This document shows positions 9,615 through 39,700 of a stretch of 64,000 nt of DNA, in pieces (the stretch's first letter is position 1; every line of letters starts with the position of its first letter). The stretch is from positions 2,480,001-2,544,000 of the forward strand of contig OZ193909.1 of NCBI GenBank assembly GCA_964276515.1, given 5' to 3'. The notes beneath the pieces were generated by a model. It was given only the letters and a program-made list of their open reading frames with translations. It ran no database searches and had not been told where the DNA came from. Source of the stretch: Gordius albopunctatus (taxonomy: Eukaryota). Both the position numbers and the translations under genes were made by a program.

Positions 9615-12600
9615 CTGAAATAAATAATTATGAAAATTTTATGAATAATATGTTTTGATTATTAAGGCGCTATTTATTCATTTAAAAACATAAACTAAAA
9701 AAATTCATTACAAATTATTAATTTTTTGTGAATTTACCTGAAAGATTTAAGAATCTCAAACTTTGGTAAATAAATAAGGATAAATTTTATTAAACTCTTT
9801 AAAAATTGGTTTAAAAGATAATTAAAATATGCGAGTAGTCTGTTGAAACTTTTTATATCATTCAAATTAATTTATGATTTGTTTATCCAGTTATGACCTT
9901 GTATTTATAATAAAATATTTTTAGCCTTTATTATAGGTATAGAGTTCCTACTATGATAATTTTTGCTAAGTCTAACATTTTTCTATGAGTGCCACAATTT
10001 CATCAGCTATCTAACTTAACACTGGTTAATTAATTAGCATTTTATTCAATACCTATACTTTATTTCTAAATTTCTTCAATATTTGAGCCAAAATTTGCTT
10101 TTTTTATTCCTGAGTAGACTAGTTTAGTGCAAATAAACTGTTAATAACAATGTTTCCTTTTTATTAAAACACCCAAAAAACAAGATTTACACTAAATATA
10201 AATTATGAAAAAGTGATATGGCAATCAAATTTTACCAGTTAACATATCGTGAAATGTTTGTCATTGAATATATTACATTTTACAAAGGTTGCTATTATGG
10301 TTTTTATGATACTCGTAACTAGAGGAAGGTAGTTTCCAATAAATTTTAAATATCTAACTTATATAATTAGAAAAATAAAGTCATTACACTAAATTCCCAG
10401 CCAAATAATTTGCCTCGATAAGATTTAAATTATATTGTTATCTAAATGTGGCCCGATTAATCAAAAGGGAAAGTCTCTCTTTCGTCATAAGTGTAGCTAG
10501 GAGTGGCAGAAAGGGGCAGCCCAGCCCCCCCCCCCCCAAGAAACAAAAATTATTTAAAATTGTTGTTAAAAAAATATTTAGCCCTTTCTAAAATTTTACA
10601 TATATTAATTAAGCAAAATTAGAATAATTAACCATATAAATTTCGGGGTAAATTGTAATAATTTTAAAATGATTTAGAGCCGAGGTGAAAAAAGTGCGAA
10701 ATTCTGGTCAATGTTGGTAAGAATATTAGAGAAGACTTATCCAATAAAAAGCAAAGATGCTTGAACATAAATTAGCCAATTGAATAAGAAGGTGGAGGGC
10801 AAAGGTTTTGTAATTATTTGGAAACAGGTAAATCTTTGTATTTAACCAATATGTCTTTATTTTTGTATTTCGCTTATTAATGTAACTTTGTTTCTTGAAA
10901 ATAAACTTTATTTTTTGAATTTTTAATTTTAATTGAATAAATGTAAAAGAAGTTTTTTTTATATATATGAGGTGTAGCTGCATATTTTTACCTAAATTTG
11001 ACTTTTTATCAGATAGAAACCTCGATAATAATGTTTGATTAAAACTTTAATTATATATATTAGCTTAAAATTTTATGATATAATGCATGACCAGGAAAAT
11101 TATAAGAAATATTTAGTTTAAGACACTTTAAAGCAACCTTTCCATTGGCAAACATATTAGCGAAAGATGATTTATTTCTAAAAAGTGATATTAAGAATCG
11201 CTTTTATTGACAAAATGTAGTCAAATAAAACAATATAAATATTTTTATTTTTGAGCGTTCTCTACTAGAATGCCATTGTCTAAATTTTTCATTACCTAAA
11301 ATTATTCATAGATAAATTATACAGCCAAACAGAGTTACTTGCGCTAGGTTAAGATGGTGTTTATAATTTCAAAATAGTCTACCATATGTAAAAATACTTC
11401 AAATACCTATTTTTCTATTTTTAAGATCCTATTACAAAATTTAATATCTCACTAATTTTAAAGTCTTTTGGTAATTTTTGATTTAAAATGTTAAAAATTG
11501 AGCTTGACTTGGCTCCAAAAAACATTTTGCTTATCATATAGTACTCGCCTTAAAAAATAAAAATACAATTAAAAAAAATAATTGGTTTCTTAAAATAAGA
11601 TTGTGAAAAACTAAAATCTTGGCCTCAATCCCTGAACAGCCACTTCATTAGGTCCGATTACTTCACTCATAATTTGAAAATTTCAGTTTCAGTCAAATGG
11701 GATTAAGTAGCTAATCACCCAACATCGTATATTTTATAGAGGTGATTCGCACTTAAAAATGCATTTCTAATTCAAAAAAAACACATTTAATTAACACTTT
11801 TTTATACACGTTTTTATAAATCATTATAAAATTGCATGCTAAAATATATTGAATTAATGAGCGAGCATTGAGTTATAGATCGAAATTGTATGGAATTTTA
11901 TAATTTTCACGGATTTCCTGTTTCGAAACGCAACTCATTCTATATTAGTATCAAAGAAAAATTTCCCCCTCCCATTAGTCAATTAAAGTTCATTTAAAAA
12001 TCAAATTATTATAATTAATTTACTTTTAAATTTTTGCAAAAAATATTGCCCTAGGAATGCTGAGCTGACCTTATTTTAAATACATGTCATAAAACTGATA
12101 GGCGACCCACCACCTCAATACACTTCTTCATTTTTAATTATATGCAAATTACAGATGATGCAACAAAGTATGTTGTACCGGAAAAAAGTTTTTTAGGTCA
12201 GACTCCATTTTAAAAGGCACAGTCTGTTCCGATAGTCTTTTAAGGTAAGAAGCATGGGAATGGGCGTGGCCAGGATTGGCTTTAGAGGGGGGGCAGCCGC
12301 CCCTTCTTGCCCCCCCCCCCCTGGTTTCGCCCATCAGCATGAGCCTCTCCAATTTAATATAATATATAAAATGACAAAAATATAAAATTTTAATAATTAC
12401 TGGCTAGGCTAGTTTTGGCAAAATTAAGTTGTGATTTAATTAATAACTAAATATAATCATATGGTATTGTATTTACAATTGATCTCGTAATTGGACATAC
12501 CAAAAATAGTTGTGTTGAGAGGGGAAGGCGAATTAAATTTTCTCAAAAACTCTCATTTGCCCTTAAAATTAAGGTTAAATGTATATAAATTTGTAAGTTT

Positions 12601-15182
12601 GAAACTTTTAAATAAAATATTTTTAATATATTTTTCTTAAAATATTTTATTAAATAAGTTTTAAAACGTAAAACAAAAAAGTCGAGTAAATTACTTTGAT
12701 TTGTTTAATAAGAATTCCCATTGTAGTCCCTCCAAAGTTGTTTGGATCGCGATTCTGAAGGTCAAGACAATTGTATTTTGTCCAAATTTAGCCGTTAATG
12801 GTGAGATGGGGAAAATTATCTGAATCTCTTATCTAACATACCACATGAAAACAAAGGAGCTCATGTTCATTTTAAAGCCTAAGGGAGTTTTGTGCATTTT
12901 TTCTTCTAATTTAATAACAAATTTGTTAAAGTTGTAATAACATTTTATATATTTTACAACAAAAAATGTGAGAAAGCATTAAAATATAGTGATTATTAAA
13001 TTGATTGAACGAGCTTACGACACCTGTTTACTTGTGTCGTAAAAGAAAATGCTTAGAACATTTCACCTGTATATACAAGTTGCTACAGGTGAAAGGAATT
13101 AATTAAATTACAAACAATTGCAGAGCTTGTAGAGAAATGCAAATTTAAAAGATTAAATAAATGTTTTAATAATATTATAATATACAATTTATAATTATTA
13201 TTAATTAGCTAAAACTGTCATAAAATATATAGTTCTTTTACTATTTGCACGAATTAAAAATGTAATTATTGTGTGTAGGCTGCCCCCCTCTAAATTAAGA
13301 AATTCATAAAAATTTAACATTATGGCTTAAATTTTAAGAAATTCTCATTTTGGCCCTCCCCAAAGCATTATTGCCCCACTAGTTACAATCTTGTGGATGG
13401 CTTTCTAAATTCTATGGAAAGGTGGATTGATATAACATCTATTAATAAATTATATTATTAAAACATACATTTTAATAAAGTGTAAATAATATTTGATTTA
13501 ATTTTTAAAAATATGGAAAAGTGTTCCTGACTTTTAACTTGATTTTTAATTAATATATAATTTAACCTGACCTAATTGTTATTCTAATGATAAATTTTTT
13601 ACATGTAGCATATTCAAACTTTTTTAACGCGTCTGCAAACTTTTCTCCATCATAACTCTCTTAAATATAACATTTTAACAAATTTTCATAATTTATAGGG
13701 TCAAAGCTACTATTGAACTTAACTTAAAGAATTCTGTTGGTTAAAAAAAACTTTATCTTCATAAAAAGGAAAGCATTCTAACATCTAAAATATATATTGT
13801 TATGAAATTTTTTATATACAATGAATTTTAGATTTTTGGGTTATCATTTTGAATATATTAACTGAGTAATGACATTTAAAGCGTATCATCATGATGATAT
13901 CTTGTAGTACGTAATAACAAATAGTTAATATAATTCATAGGCATGGCTGCTAAAATTTTAATATGCGACTGAAATAGTTGTATCCCCCTTCCCTCATAAA
14001 CAAGATATTGTCACGCCGTTGGTTTTATTTATGATTTCAACAATTCTCATATAATATACCATGGCCAAGCAAGCATTGGAATTAGAGGGGGGGCAATAAT
14101 GATTTAGAGAGGGGCAAAATACACATTTTTTTAAATTTTAGCCCCATAATTTTAATAAATTTCAACAAATTTTTGGCTTTAGAGGGGGGCAGCTGACACT
14201 CCCTGCCCTATTTTGGACAAGCTGCGTCTAGAAGCATCATAGACTAAAGATGCATTGATAAAAAATATAAATTTTACATGTGTGTGGCATGTCGCAAGCG
14301 CATATAATTGCTGGGTGTTATTTATGATATTATTTATATATGTAAGTAAGATTTTTAGCGTTCTGAATTTGTGTTTTTTCTTCGAGATGAGTGAATTTTT
14401 TTTCTATAAATTTTCCATTCAGAGTATTTAAGTCCTCCACAAAATTATTTAAACACTTGTGAAACTCTAGTTTGAAAAGAGTTGCTAAAGAATTATCTAG
14501 TAATTGTATACTCCTTTTATTAGTTGTGGTTAAATTATGAAATTACCTCATATTTTATGAATCTCAAGTTAATGTTTGTGTACCAATAAATTATTTTCTA
14601 TTTATAAAAAACATAATCCTACCTAGACGGGCTTAATTAAACTTATTTCACATTTTGTAAACTATTTCTGAAAGTTTAGAAAAATCAGATATTTTGTTTT
14701 TTACATAAAACATTTATTCCTAAATAATTCGGTTGTTAGCAAAAATAGTTTTTTTATTTATGAAATTTATGAATATTAAAAAAAAACTCGTCCCCTGAGT
14801 TTGTAGAATGTTTTGCAACTCAGATATAATAGACTACAGATAAGCTTATACAATAGTAAAAAAATAGCCATCAATCATTGATTGATGACCCATAAAGGTA
14901 ATCAATCGCCTGGAATCTGTATAAAAATATTAATTCTAAACTTATATAGCCTTCTAATTTGGGATTCAAAACGTGCATGTTTATCATTTATTAAAATGCG
15001 TAAAAATGAAAATTAATAATTCGGTCGTTTAATAGTACATAAATTGCATAGCAATTAATACATTCAATGCGAAAAATATAATAAATTCATCGGTTTCAAA
15101 GTAAAACACATTTACTCCCACACTTGCCACACTTGTAAAAATATTTCAATTTTTTACACGTATAAATATAAACGATTTAAAT

Positions 15183-30726
<15,544 letters not shown>

Positions 30727-31189
30727 CTATATTGATATTTACTGATCATAATGCAAAAATAGGGATAAAAAATATATGGTTTAAAACCAAATCCTGGACA
30801 AGCTCATTAAATGACAAGGAGGTAAACTCAATGGTGATTCAGCACTGAAACACATTTCAAATTTTGATTTTTAAAAAAACTAAAAATTGTGATTTTTGTT
30901 GGGGTAAAATGCAATAAAAAGGGTAAAAAACGTTTTCCTTATCACTATGTACCGCGGGACCTAGGGGGATCTACTACGTATGATAGCGATGCGCTTTTTA
31001 AAACAGTGGGTTGTAAGTAGACACAATGATTCCATTGTCAATATTATTGCCTTTGTCCAGCTCTATACTGGCTTCTGCTGCCTGACCCCCCCCCTTGATG
31101 GATACTTCTTTTAAAGAGCGTTCCGATCATGGAATTAATACAGCACCCTATAATTCCGTAATGCCATCGAATAGTGTTTCAAAAACGCC

Positions 31190-31340
31190 TGGGTTTTGCT
31201 TGGTCGACCTTTGGGTTTAGTGGATAAGACATAAAGAGATCAAATATTTTTTTGGTCTATTTTTCTTAGTCGACCACTAGGTTTAGTCGAAATTTGTAAA
31301 ACAGACCAGAATGGACCGTTAGAACCCCCCGATTTTTACA
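31190..31340. repeat. Dispersed GTCGAC-containing repeat (copies ~16210-16345, ~39920-40045, ~57995-58090)
   Basis: Shared TCTTAGTCGAC...TTAGTCGAAATT and TGGTCGACCTTTGG blocks. Confidence 0.7.
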
Positions 31341-33160
31341 ACACTACCCCTCCCTCTACATCCCATTTCATGCCACTAAATCACCACATTTCCCCCTCAA
31401 TCTTTTTTATATGTGATGGATACTCAATTTTTGTAAGGGAATAATGTATTGGCTTCACCTTATAAATAATCTTCGAAATCTCTACTAAAGGTTTTAAAAA
31501 CTTAATTTATGGGTCTTAGCGAGTTATATAAACGTTTAATAAAAATGTGTATTATTGTGACTTTTTAATTAAAGTTGTAAATAACGATGGCAGAGAGACT
31601 GGCTGCCCCCTCCCCCTTTAAATCCAGAAATTTAATATATTTATGGCTTAAATTTGGAAAATTTACTAGCTTGCCCCTCCCTAAAGCATTATTGCCCCTC
31701 TTGTTCTAATCCAAGTTACGCCCATGCAGTTATAAGAGTTTATTTATTTTAAAAGTCATCATCTTAAATCACAAGCATAATTTGCCTACTTCTTTGCTAA
31801 ATTTTAAACCTTGGAAAATATTTTGAGTGCAGTAAATATTAGAAACCGTCATTAGTTATTTATATAAAAATATGGAAACGAAGGTCTTTTAACATTTTCA
31901 CCTGTCGCAAATACAGATGAATGTGCCATTATTTACCGACATATGAATATGAGTAAAAAATAGAAGGCTACACATTAATTTTAAAACAAAACATTTAAAT
32001 TTGCTAATACAAAATACATATATAATAAATTTCAAGATAAATTTAATATCGAGGTATTGTTTTGTTAATGCTTTAAAATCAAGAACTATAAATCTTTTGA
32101 GAACGCAAAATTTCATCATTTAATATTTTAAATTTAATAAAAGCACATGATATTCGCAATTACCTGTAAAAGACTGAATTTTTGAGAAAAAAATAAAATA
32201 ATGTCTATGAGAAATTATGAATTATTCACAGCAGTAAAAGGTGAGATGCCATTATTGCTTTATTGAATTTGTTTGCACGACGTGAAAGGGGGAAAGCTGC
32301 CTGGAACAGAATAAATAGAAAATTCTATTATTACCTTATAACGATACCCTAATTTGCGAATGAGCTTTCGAATCCTTTTAAAATTCCAGTTATATGTTTT
32401 AAAAATTTAATTTATTAATAATTTGTGGTGTTGGTGATTTTTTGTTAAAAAGAGACATTTTTAATAAATGATAAAGAATTGTTTTTAAAATACGTGTTGT
32501 GTCCTTTGAGGACAATGACCACAAACAGTTATATCATATTTCAAAGCAAATTCGTGCTTTTATCCTGAAACAAATCGGAAAAGCGATCTCCAGCGTCTCC
32601 TTAGATTTGAAAGAATACTTTTTTATCAGGCAAAAGATCACAATGGAAATCGTTAAATCCAACACGATTTCCATACACGGATCAATGCCATCCGTTCAGT
32701 TACAGCGCGTTTTTAATATTTTTTAGTCTTGTATGTAATTTTTCCTATTGATTTAAATGAACGCAAATTTAAATTTGACTCGTGAAAGTTATAATATAAA
32801 AAAAAACATATTTTCATCTAATCGAAAGCTTTTAAAAAAAATTAAAATGTGTTTGAAATGGGTGTTTGTTTAGGTATTAGAATAGAGATCACAAACACAA
32901 ATCTAATACAAACATGGGCGTAACCCGGTTTTGGATTAAGGGGGGGGGGGGGTAAAACATGCTTTTTTTATTTTTGAGGGTTTTTGCATTGAAATTTTTT
33001 GTCATTTAGGGTTAGTAACAGTAACGTATATTTATAGTTTCACATGAGGCTCGTTAATTTGTTGACCACATACACAGCTTATATTTTAGACGAAGACCCC
33101 ATTCTATATTATAAATCAGCTTATAAAAGTATACATTAAAAAAGAATATTATTTGAAGTA

Positions 33161-33484
33161 CAGTCAAAACCGTTTAATTGCAAAGCTATGGGCCTAAATA
33201 AAAATGCGCGATTAACCGATATTTCGCGATTAAACGATGGAAAAAGAGAAAATATTAAATATATAAAGATATACGCTTCGTAATAAAACGATATTTTATA
33301 TAATTGTATGGTTGATTTAAGGACTCGAAAATGTTTGTGAATATCCGATATTTTACTATTAAGCGATTTGTCTATAAACGATGTTTTTGTTAATATTATC
33401 GTATGGGAAAAACAAAATGGCGGTTAACTTCGCGATTAAAGGATTTTCGCGATAATCCGATTTGCGATTAAGAAGTTTCGACTG
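33161..33484. mobile_element. pogo/Tc1-mariner-type MITE
   Basis: TA-CAGTCAAAACC...GTTTCGACTG-TA, with internal repeated TCGCGATTAA motifs. Confidence 0.8.
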
Positions 33485-34699
33485 TATAAACTTTTTTAAT
33501 TTTAATTAATACCAAGAAGGTTATTTTGGAACGAAGTTATATAAGTTGAAAAACGTAAGATCTACATATTTGTTGCCAATTAACTAACGTAGCAGCTATA
33601 ATTTAATAAACATTAAAAATTACATTTAAAATAATACACACTTGGAGCCTAACAATAAATAAATATAAAAATAAAATTGCAAGATATGCTTAAGATTCTA
33701 CAAATAATCACTTCTCAACAAAACTTCATAGCTTACCCAATATTTGATAAACTTTAAACACCAAAATTTATAATTAAGTGTATTTCAACAGCGCAGGCAC
33801 GTAGCCAAGGGGGCAGAAATGACCGCAATTTGAATTTTTTTGAAGGTCCATATAGTAAATGCTCTGATTAATGAAGAGAGAAGATTTTTCCAAAGCTGGT
33901 TATATAGCGCCTCGAAGTTTCGCATATATTGTAAGCGAAGTTTACTTTTGTTACATCTTATAAATAAAAGTGTCGACCTGCAACAGCGTAAAGCAAGATA
34001 TATTAATAATATGATTTACTATATTTTTAAAATTTTACATTAATTGGGTAGCATTATTTAAAGTTCAACCTATTATATATGAATAATATATAAGGATTGA
34101 AGAGATAAAATAACAAAATTTAAATTTTGTTATATAACTAATAAATTTGGCAAAAATTGCTAAAAAAAAACTATTGGCCTTAATTTTTGGATATTATTTT
34201 TTAGTTTTTTGTTCCTTCAGGAGGTTAAATGTAAATATAACCTTAATAAAGATTGGAGAAAATTAGCAAAACCAAATAAGACTATATTTACATCAGAAGA
34301 TTCGAATTTCGTTTATTATATTTATTTCAATCAAGTTTAACTACCAAAACCTAAAAAATTGGCTCACAAATATAGACTAAGCCATCATGATCTTGATTGG
34401 GTGTAGCCAAGGGGGGGTGGGAAGGGGATCTTATTTGGCTCTATAATTATGACAATTGTCCCAAAGTTAAGCTGACAAATTAAATTTTTATATTTAAACA
34501 AATCTTATAACACCTTAACACATTGATTTCGCCAAAAGAATTTATTTGCCTCTGTTATCGTTAAACATTAGTTTATATAATAGCATTGTATCGAGGTTAA
34601 TATAAATAACATTATTAAATCGCGGTAAGATCTTCGAATTAGAATGAGTGTGAATAGAGTGATATCCAAATCATAAAGATACCAATATCCTAATTAGGT

Positions 34700-35440
34700 A
34701 ATACCATAGGGTAACCAGTTTTAGTAAAAGGGGTTAGAATATATTTTATTAAAGGCAAATTATAAGGGTGATTTTGAAATTGAAGCGCAATTGTAAAACC
34801 TCTATAGAAATTCGCCATACCTAAAAAACATTTCAAACTCTTCATCGTTTGAGGAATTAATTCCTAATTGCATCGATTTTGTTTGACAAGGGGCGTATGC
34901 CACTTTGATCAACTTGATGGCCGAGAAAGTTTAATGTTTTTACCCCCAAAGAACATTTTGACATATTTATCCGAATGCCGCATGTTTGTAACCGTTTAAA
35001 AAATGTTTAAAGATGTAATTCGTGTTCATGTTCTGTGGAACTGGTGATTCTTATATCATCGATGTAAGCATACACAAAGTCCAAGCCATTAAAAATTTAA
35101 TCTATGAGGCGCTGAAATGTTTGTCATTCCGCAGTCCGAAAGGCATTCTTAAAAATTCAAAAAGCCCAAAATGTGTTGTAATTGCGGTTTTCTGGAAGTC
35201 CTCCGGTGCCAGAATTTGATGGTAAGCCTTTACAAAATCCAACTTTGAAAAAATAGATTTACCTGTTAGATTCAAATCGAATGTAGATGTGGAATTGGAT
35301 ATCTATCAGGCCTTGTTGCATAATTAAGCATTCTAAAATCACCAGATGGAAGCAATGTCCCTGGGGTATCTTTTGGGACCATGTTGAGGGGAATGATCAT
35401 TTGCTATGTCAGGGTCGTTTTATGCCTAATCTGCTCATCT
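34700..35440 (-). mobile_element. Ty3/Gypsy LTR-retrotransposon RT remnant
   Basis: The reverse strand gives [60 protein letters not shown] and GMANFYR, with stops and frameshifts. Confidence 0.88.
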
Positions 35441-35474
35441 CCTCAAATTTATTTTTTGCTGTTTGAAATTTTTC

Positions 35475-37735
35475 GGAGGGTCCCACAGCCATGGGGTTCA
35501 TTTTGATAAGTTTCTTCCATCTTGACCGGGTAAGTGCCATGTCTATATTAATCTATTTTGGTTTCATAACTTGTAGATTCGCCCTTTCCACGTGACACGA
35601 GGTCGTCCTCTTCCTATCTTCCCCGGTACCACCATGTCCAGTACTTTTCGATTTACATCCTTCTTTTCCTTTATTTTTATATGCCACACCAGCTTGCAGA
35701 TTTTCATAATCATGCCCGCCATAAAAACCCATTTTTATCTGGAGAAAGTCATTGGTCAAGTATATCCCAAGCTCAACCGTATCATTCTCATCTCTGTGGC
35801 TTGTAATAGCTTTCCTTCCGTGGTGTTGCCCATATTTCACTTCCATAGAGTAACACCGGTCTTACGATTGATTTGTAAGCTATGCTCTTCAACCATATTG
35901 GAATTTTCTTGTCACACATAACACCGGATATACTTCGCCATTTAAGCCATCCTTTTAGGATCCGAGCATTGACTTCTGTTGCGCTACATCCCTCTTGATG
36001 TAGCATCGAGCCGAGGTATGTAAACTTGTCTACTTTTAGGTACTTTAGATGGTCATACAGCGATAATATGCCTGTAACGTTCATTTACACGTATATCGTT
36101 TTTCGATCGTTGACTGCTAAGCGCTTTGACTTTCTCCGTTATCTCTTCGCATAGTACTATATCATCGGCATATAGCATATACCATGGCGATGGCTTTTGA
36201 ATGTCTCTCATTATCGTGTCCATAATTATAATAAATAAAAAGGGACTTAGAGCACATCCTTGATGTAATCCAATTGCTATCTGAAAAGGTTTAGAGTCTC
36301 CAACTGTCGTCCTAACGCACGAATCTGGGACTTCATAAATATTTTTCATAAGCCGTATATATGCTTTAAAGATATTTTTTCTCAAGCACCACCATATTAA
36401 ATCTGGATAAATTGTGGATTTTCCGGCCACAAATCCGAATTGTTAGCCTATTTTTACCTCATTTTTCAGCCTTGTTACTAAGATCCTTTTCATAAGCTTC
36501 ATGAAGTGGCAAGCTTGATACCTCTGCAATTGCAACAGTCATGAAGGTCTCCTTTGCCTTTTAATAAGGGTAATCGTGTATATCCTATTAGAAAGGTTCG
36601 TCATGGTGTTGACTTTTACTTCTCGGCATCCGACCCGTGCTTCCATAGGAATTCCATCTAGCACTTTAGCTTTTCCTTTTTACATCTTGTTGATTTCTAA
36701 CTTTATCCCTTTAAAAGAATTCGACCATACCTATTTTGGCTAAATATACTGAAAGGAATAGTTTCTTGAAATATTCTTTCCACCTTTACATCATCACCTT
36801 CGGCTTAAATAAGGTTTGATCCTTTCCGTTTTTGACTATTTTAAGGACTCATAAATCGCAACCTTTCTTCTCACTTGATCCATTTGTACATAAGCCTGTC
36901 GCCCGCATTATAGCCCAGTTTAGTTGCCATCTCGGTATACGCATCATTCATAGCTTCTACAAGGGTCTTCTTCGCGGCTCTATTTGCCTCTCTATATACT
37001 TCATCTTTTGATTTATACCACCGTCTATACAGAATTTTCTTCCTTTCGTCCTAACCGATTGATTCTACCACCATCAAAATCTATTCATAGGTTCGCCTAG
37101 AAGTCCGAATCGCCGTTTCATTTAGGTCGGCAGTTAGTCTCCCAATCGTCTTTTACGTTTCTTTCCAACTTCCTGGCGCCAAAGAGTGTGGAAGCTTTCT
37201 GATGGCATATAACATTCGATGACTCATCCTTAGCCTTTCATCCCAAATTGAGGTTCCTAAACTTTCATTTTTCCGGAAATACTTTCCTTTCGAAATCCAT
37301 ATCAAGTGAACGATTTTGACTGGCGATTTCTTCTCCCGGGATCCCCCATAAACTTTTGCCGTTTGGCAAATAGCCAATTCGACCAAAATGATTCCCACTA
37401 CTAAGTTAAAATATTATTTTTGCGTTTATGAACATAAATCTTAACGATTGCCATGTCGTATGCTTGGGATACCTGGAGAAGCTTTTACCTTTCTTTGTTC
37501 TTTAGCCCATGCCCATACCTCTATGATTTCCTTCATATCTGAAGCTATCTTTCCCTACGAGCGTAAAAGTCTGTCCCAAATTTTTCTTGTCCCATCCCTT
37601 GTACTTCTTTTTCGAAGAATCTGTCTTTCTCTGATTCGATACACCCTATTTGGAAGGCATAAGCACGGTTAAGAGGCCTCCTTCATCTGCAATCTTCACC
37701 CACATTTACCTCTCTAACAACAATTGACTTCCACC
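35475..37735 (-). mobile_element. Degenerate RTE LINE
   Basis: Fragments GLHQGCALSPFLF, YADDIVL and WLKWRSISGVMCDKKIP are closely similar to the 4.5-kb RTE; many indels. Confidence 0.93.
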
Positions 37736-37929
37736 ACTTTAATGGTACCAACTGAATAATGAATGGCTTGATAAGTGGGATACTTTGGGTGAAATGTACT
37801 AGAAAACTTTTCTGAATTTCTGGCAAACATGTTTTAAAATGTTGTTAGATCTGTTGATGTTTTTTTGGAGATAACATTTTGTTGCCATTTAAAACCATCA
37901 AAATCAATCATACATCAATCACTTTTTTT

Positions 37930-38044
37930 ACTTTCGGGTCGGATTTGGCTTAAAACGCTTTCGGGTCAGGTCTGGTTCGGGTTGAAAAATATTAAAGCTT
38001 TCGGGCCGGGTTCGGGTTGAAAAAAAGTGACTTTGCAGGGCTTT
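37930..38044. mobile_element. Orphan hAT-like terminus
   Basis: Repeated TTCGGG subterminal motifs ending TGCAGGGCTTTA, similar to the TGCAGGTCTCTA end at 48662. Confidence 0.5.
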
Positions 38045-38164
38045 AGTAGGAGTTTAAAAACAATTTAAAAAATTGGAATCATTTGTATACTATATTTACT
38101 ATGTTAACATTATACAAAGATTGTAATATATGATTTCCTAAAAAATTCAAAATGGGTTTAAAAA

Positions 38165-39700
38165 ATTTTTTTTTCATAAAAAGTTTATTAATATATGGCT
38201 AATTATATATAATACGGTAAAATCTAATACAAATTTAGTATATTAAAAAAATTAAATATGAGCGTTAAATGGCTAATATATCTTCATCTTCCTCTTTCAA
38301 CGAAGGACAAGAATCCAAAAAGGATTTAAAGTTGAATTTTGCGATTAAAATCGCAATTGATTGTTTTAGTAGAAATGCGGGAGAATATTCAGAGGGAGGA
38401 GATCGTCTGCCTATTTCTTTAAAAAAGGCTAATGCCATTTTCCCATAAGAGCCGGAACAGGATGAAACTATGGGGATAAAAATACTCGAGTTTAAAAGTG
38501 CCTTGTATTTTGTTAATTTGCGCCCCTCGGCGAGGGCCATTGGATCATAGTTGAGATTTGAAGGGGCAAACAAATCAATGCATGTAAAGTGTCCCATTTT
38601 AAGAATAGACCGTTTTCCCAAGGCACAAGTGATCAAGAGAGGGGCCTGACGGCTCAAGAATGGACGGGATTTTAGCCTTTTTAAGGGCTGACTGGGTGAT
38701 GGAGTTGATTTCAGAATGTCGTATGTGTCTGAATTTGTTTAACCTGCAACTTAATGGATGACGGGCTTCTTCGTCAACTGGCAAGTCGCAATTCCTACGT
38801 GCATATGGTTTGGTGTATTGATGAGAAGGTGTAGAGCTATACTGTAGGATAGCTCGGAATCCTCCAACATCATGTTTGAATGCTTACTGGGGTAAGCCTC
38901 AAGCCATTCGTGGCCAGATTTATCAAACACCAATGACCGAAGGTTATAATGTTGTTTGGTATCGCTGCTCGAAAGTAGGTGAGCGAGGGAGCGCGAAACC
39001 AAACAAGCATTCCAATCCTTTTGAGTTGATGTTTGTGGATAGGAGGTTTCTGGAATAACATTAAGGTTCCAGAGGGATAGGGCCTTGTCGAATGTTTCAT
39101 CGGAGGGATATGGGATTAATTTTCCCACGATGGATTTTGAAGAGGGGTGGGAGGATATAAATGAGGCTATTGGTAAAGAGCAGGGTGAGCTAATCAGTGA
39201 CCAGATTTGCCCGGCCCCGTCCGTAGCGGGCCGGGCAACTGTCGTAAATTTTAACTTTCGGGCGGGCCCGGGCGGGCACCATAACAAGATTCGGGCAATT
39301 CGGGCTCAATTTTGTTTTTAAAATAATGTATTATATTGTTTTTGCGTATATTTAGCCACTTTTTGAATTGATTTCATGATGTTTGTTAATAATCTTAGTT
39401 CTCATTTTAAAAAAATCAAAAATTAAGATAACATTTTTAAAAAAATAACGATATTAGTGCTAAAAATTTTAGAAAACACCATTTCGGGCCGGGCAGCTCT
39501 GATAATTCGGGCATTGCCAGGCGGACACATAGAAGGGTTCTGGCGGTTCGGGCATAAAAATTCTAACAAATCTGACCTCTGGAGCGAATTCCCAAGCCTC
39601 CCGATTTTGTAGGTAAAATGGCCTGTAGCCATGTATTAGTATTACTATTAAATGATAAGTTAAGAGTACTTTCGACGACAGATTTGATGTGGATTTCAAA
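38165..39700 (-). mobile_element. 5'-truncated CRE-like non-LTR retrotransposon (restriction-like endonuclease)
   Basis: WLQAILPTKSGGLGIR, GHEWLEAYPS, CCHC finger (C..C..HPLSC..RH), ILEP and TCID..AE..K..KY motifs. AATAAA and an A-tail at ~38165-38190. Confidence 0.85.
39195..39581. mobile_element. hAT-type MITE inserted in the CRE-like element
   Basis: TIRs CAGTGACCAGATTTG / CAAATCTGACCTCTG; 8-bp TSD GAGCTAAT/GAGCGAAT; CGGGC subterminal repeats. The CRE frame rejoins across it. Confidence 0.88.

Noticed and set aside
31898..32119. Signal-peptide first exon of the Dumpy-like gene
   Set aside because: It ends at a plausible AG/GTGA donor compatible with an acceptor at 30721, but the peptide is not a clear signal sequence; left unassigned.
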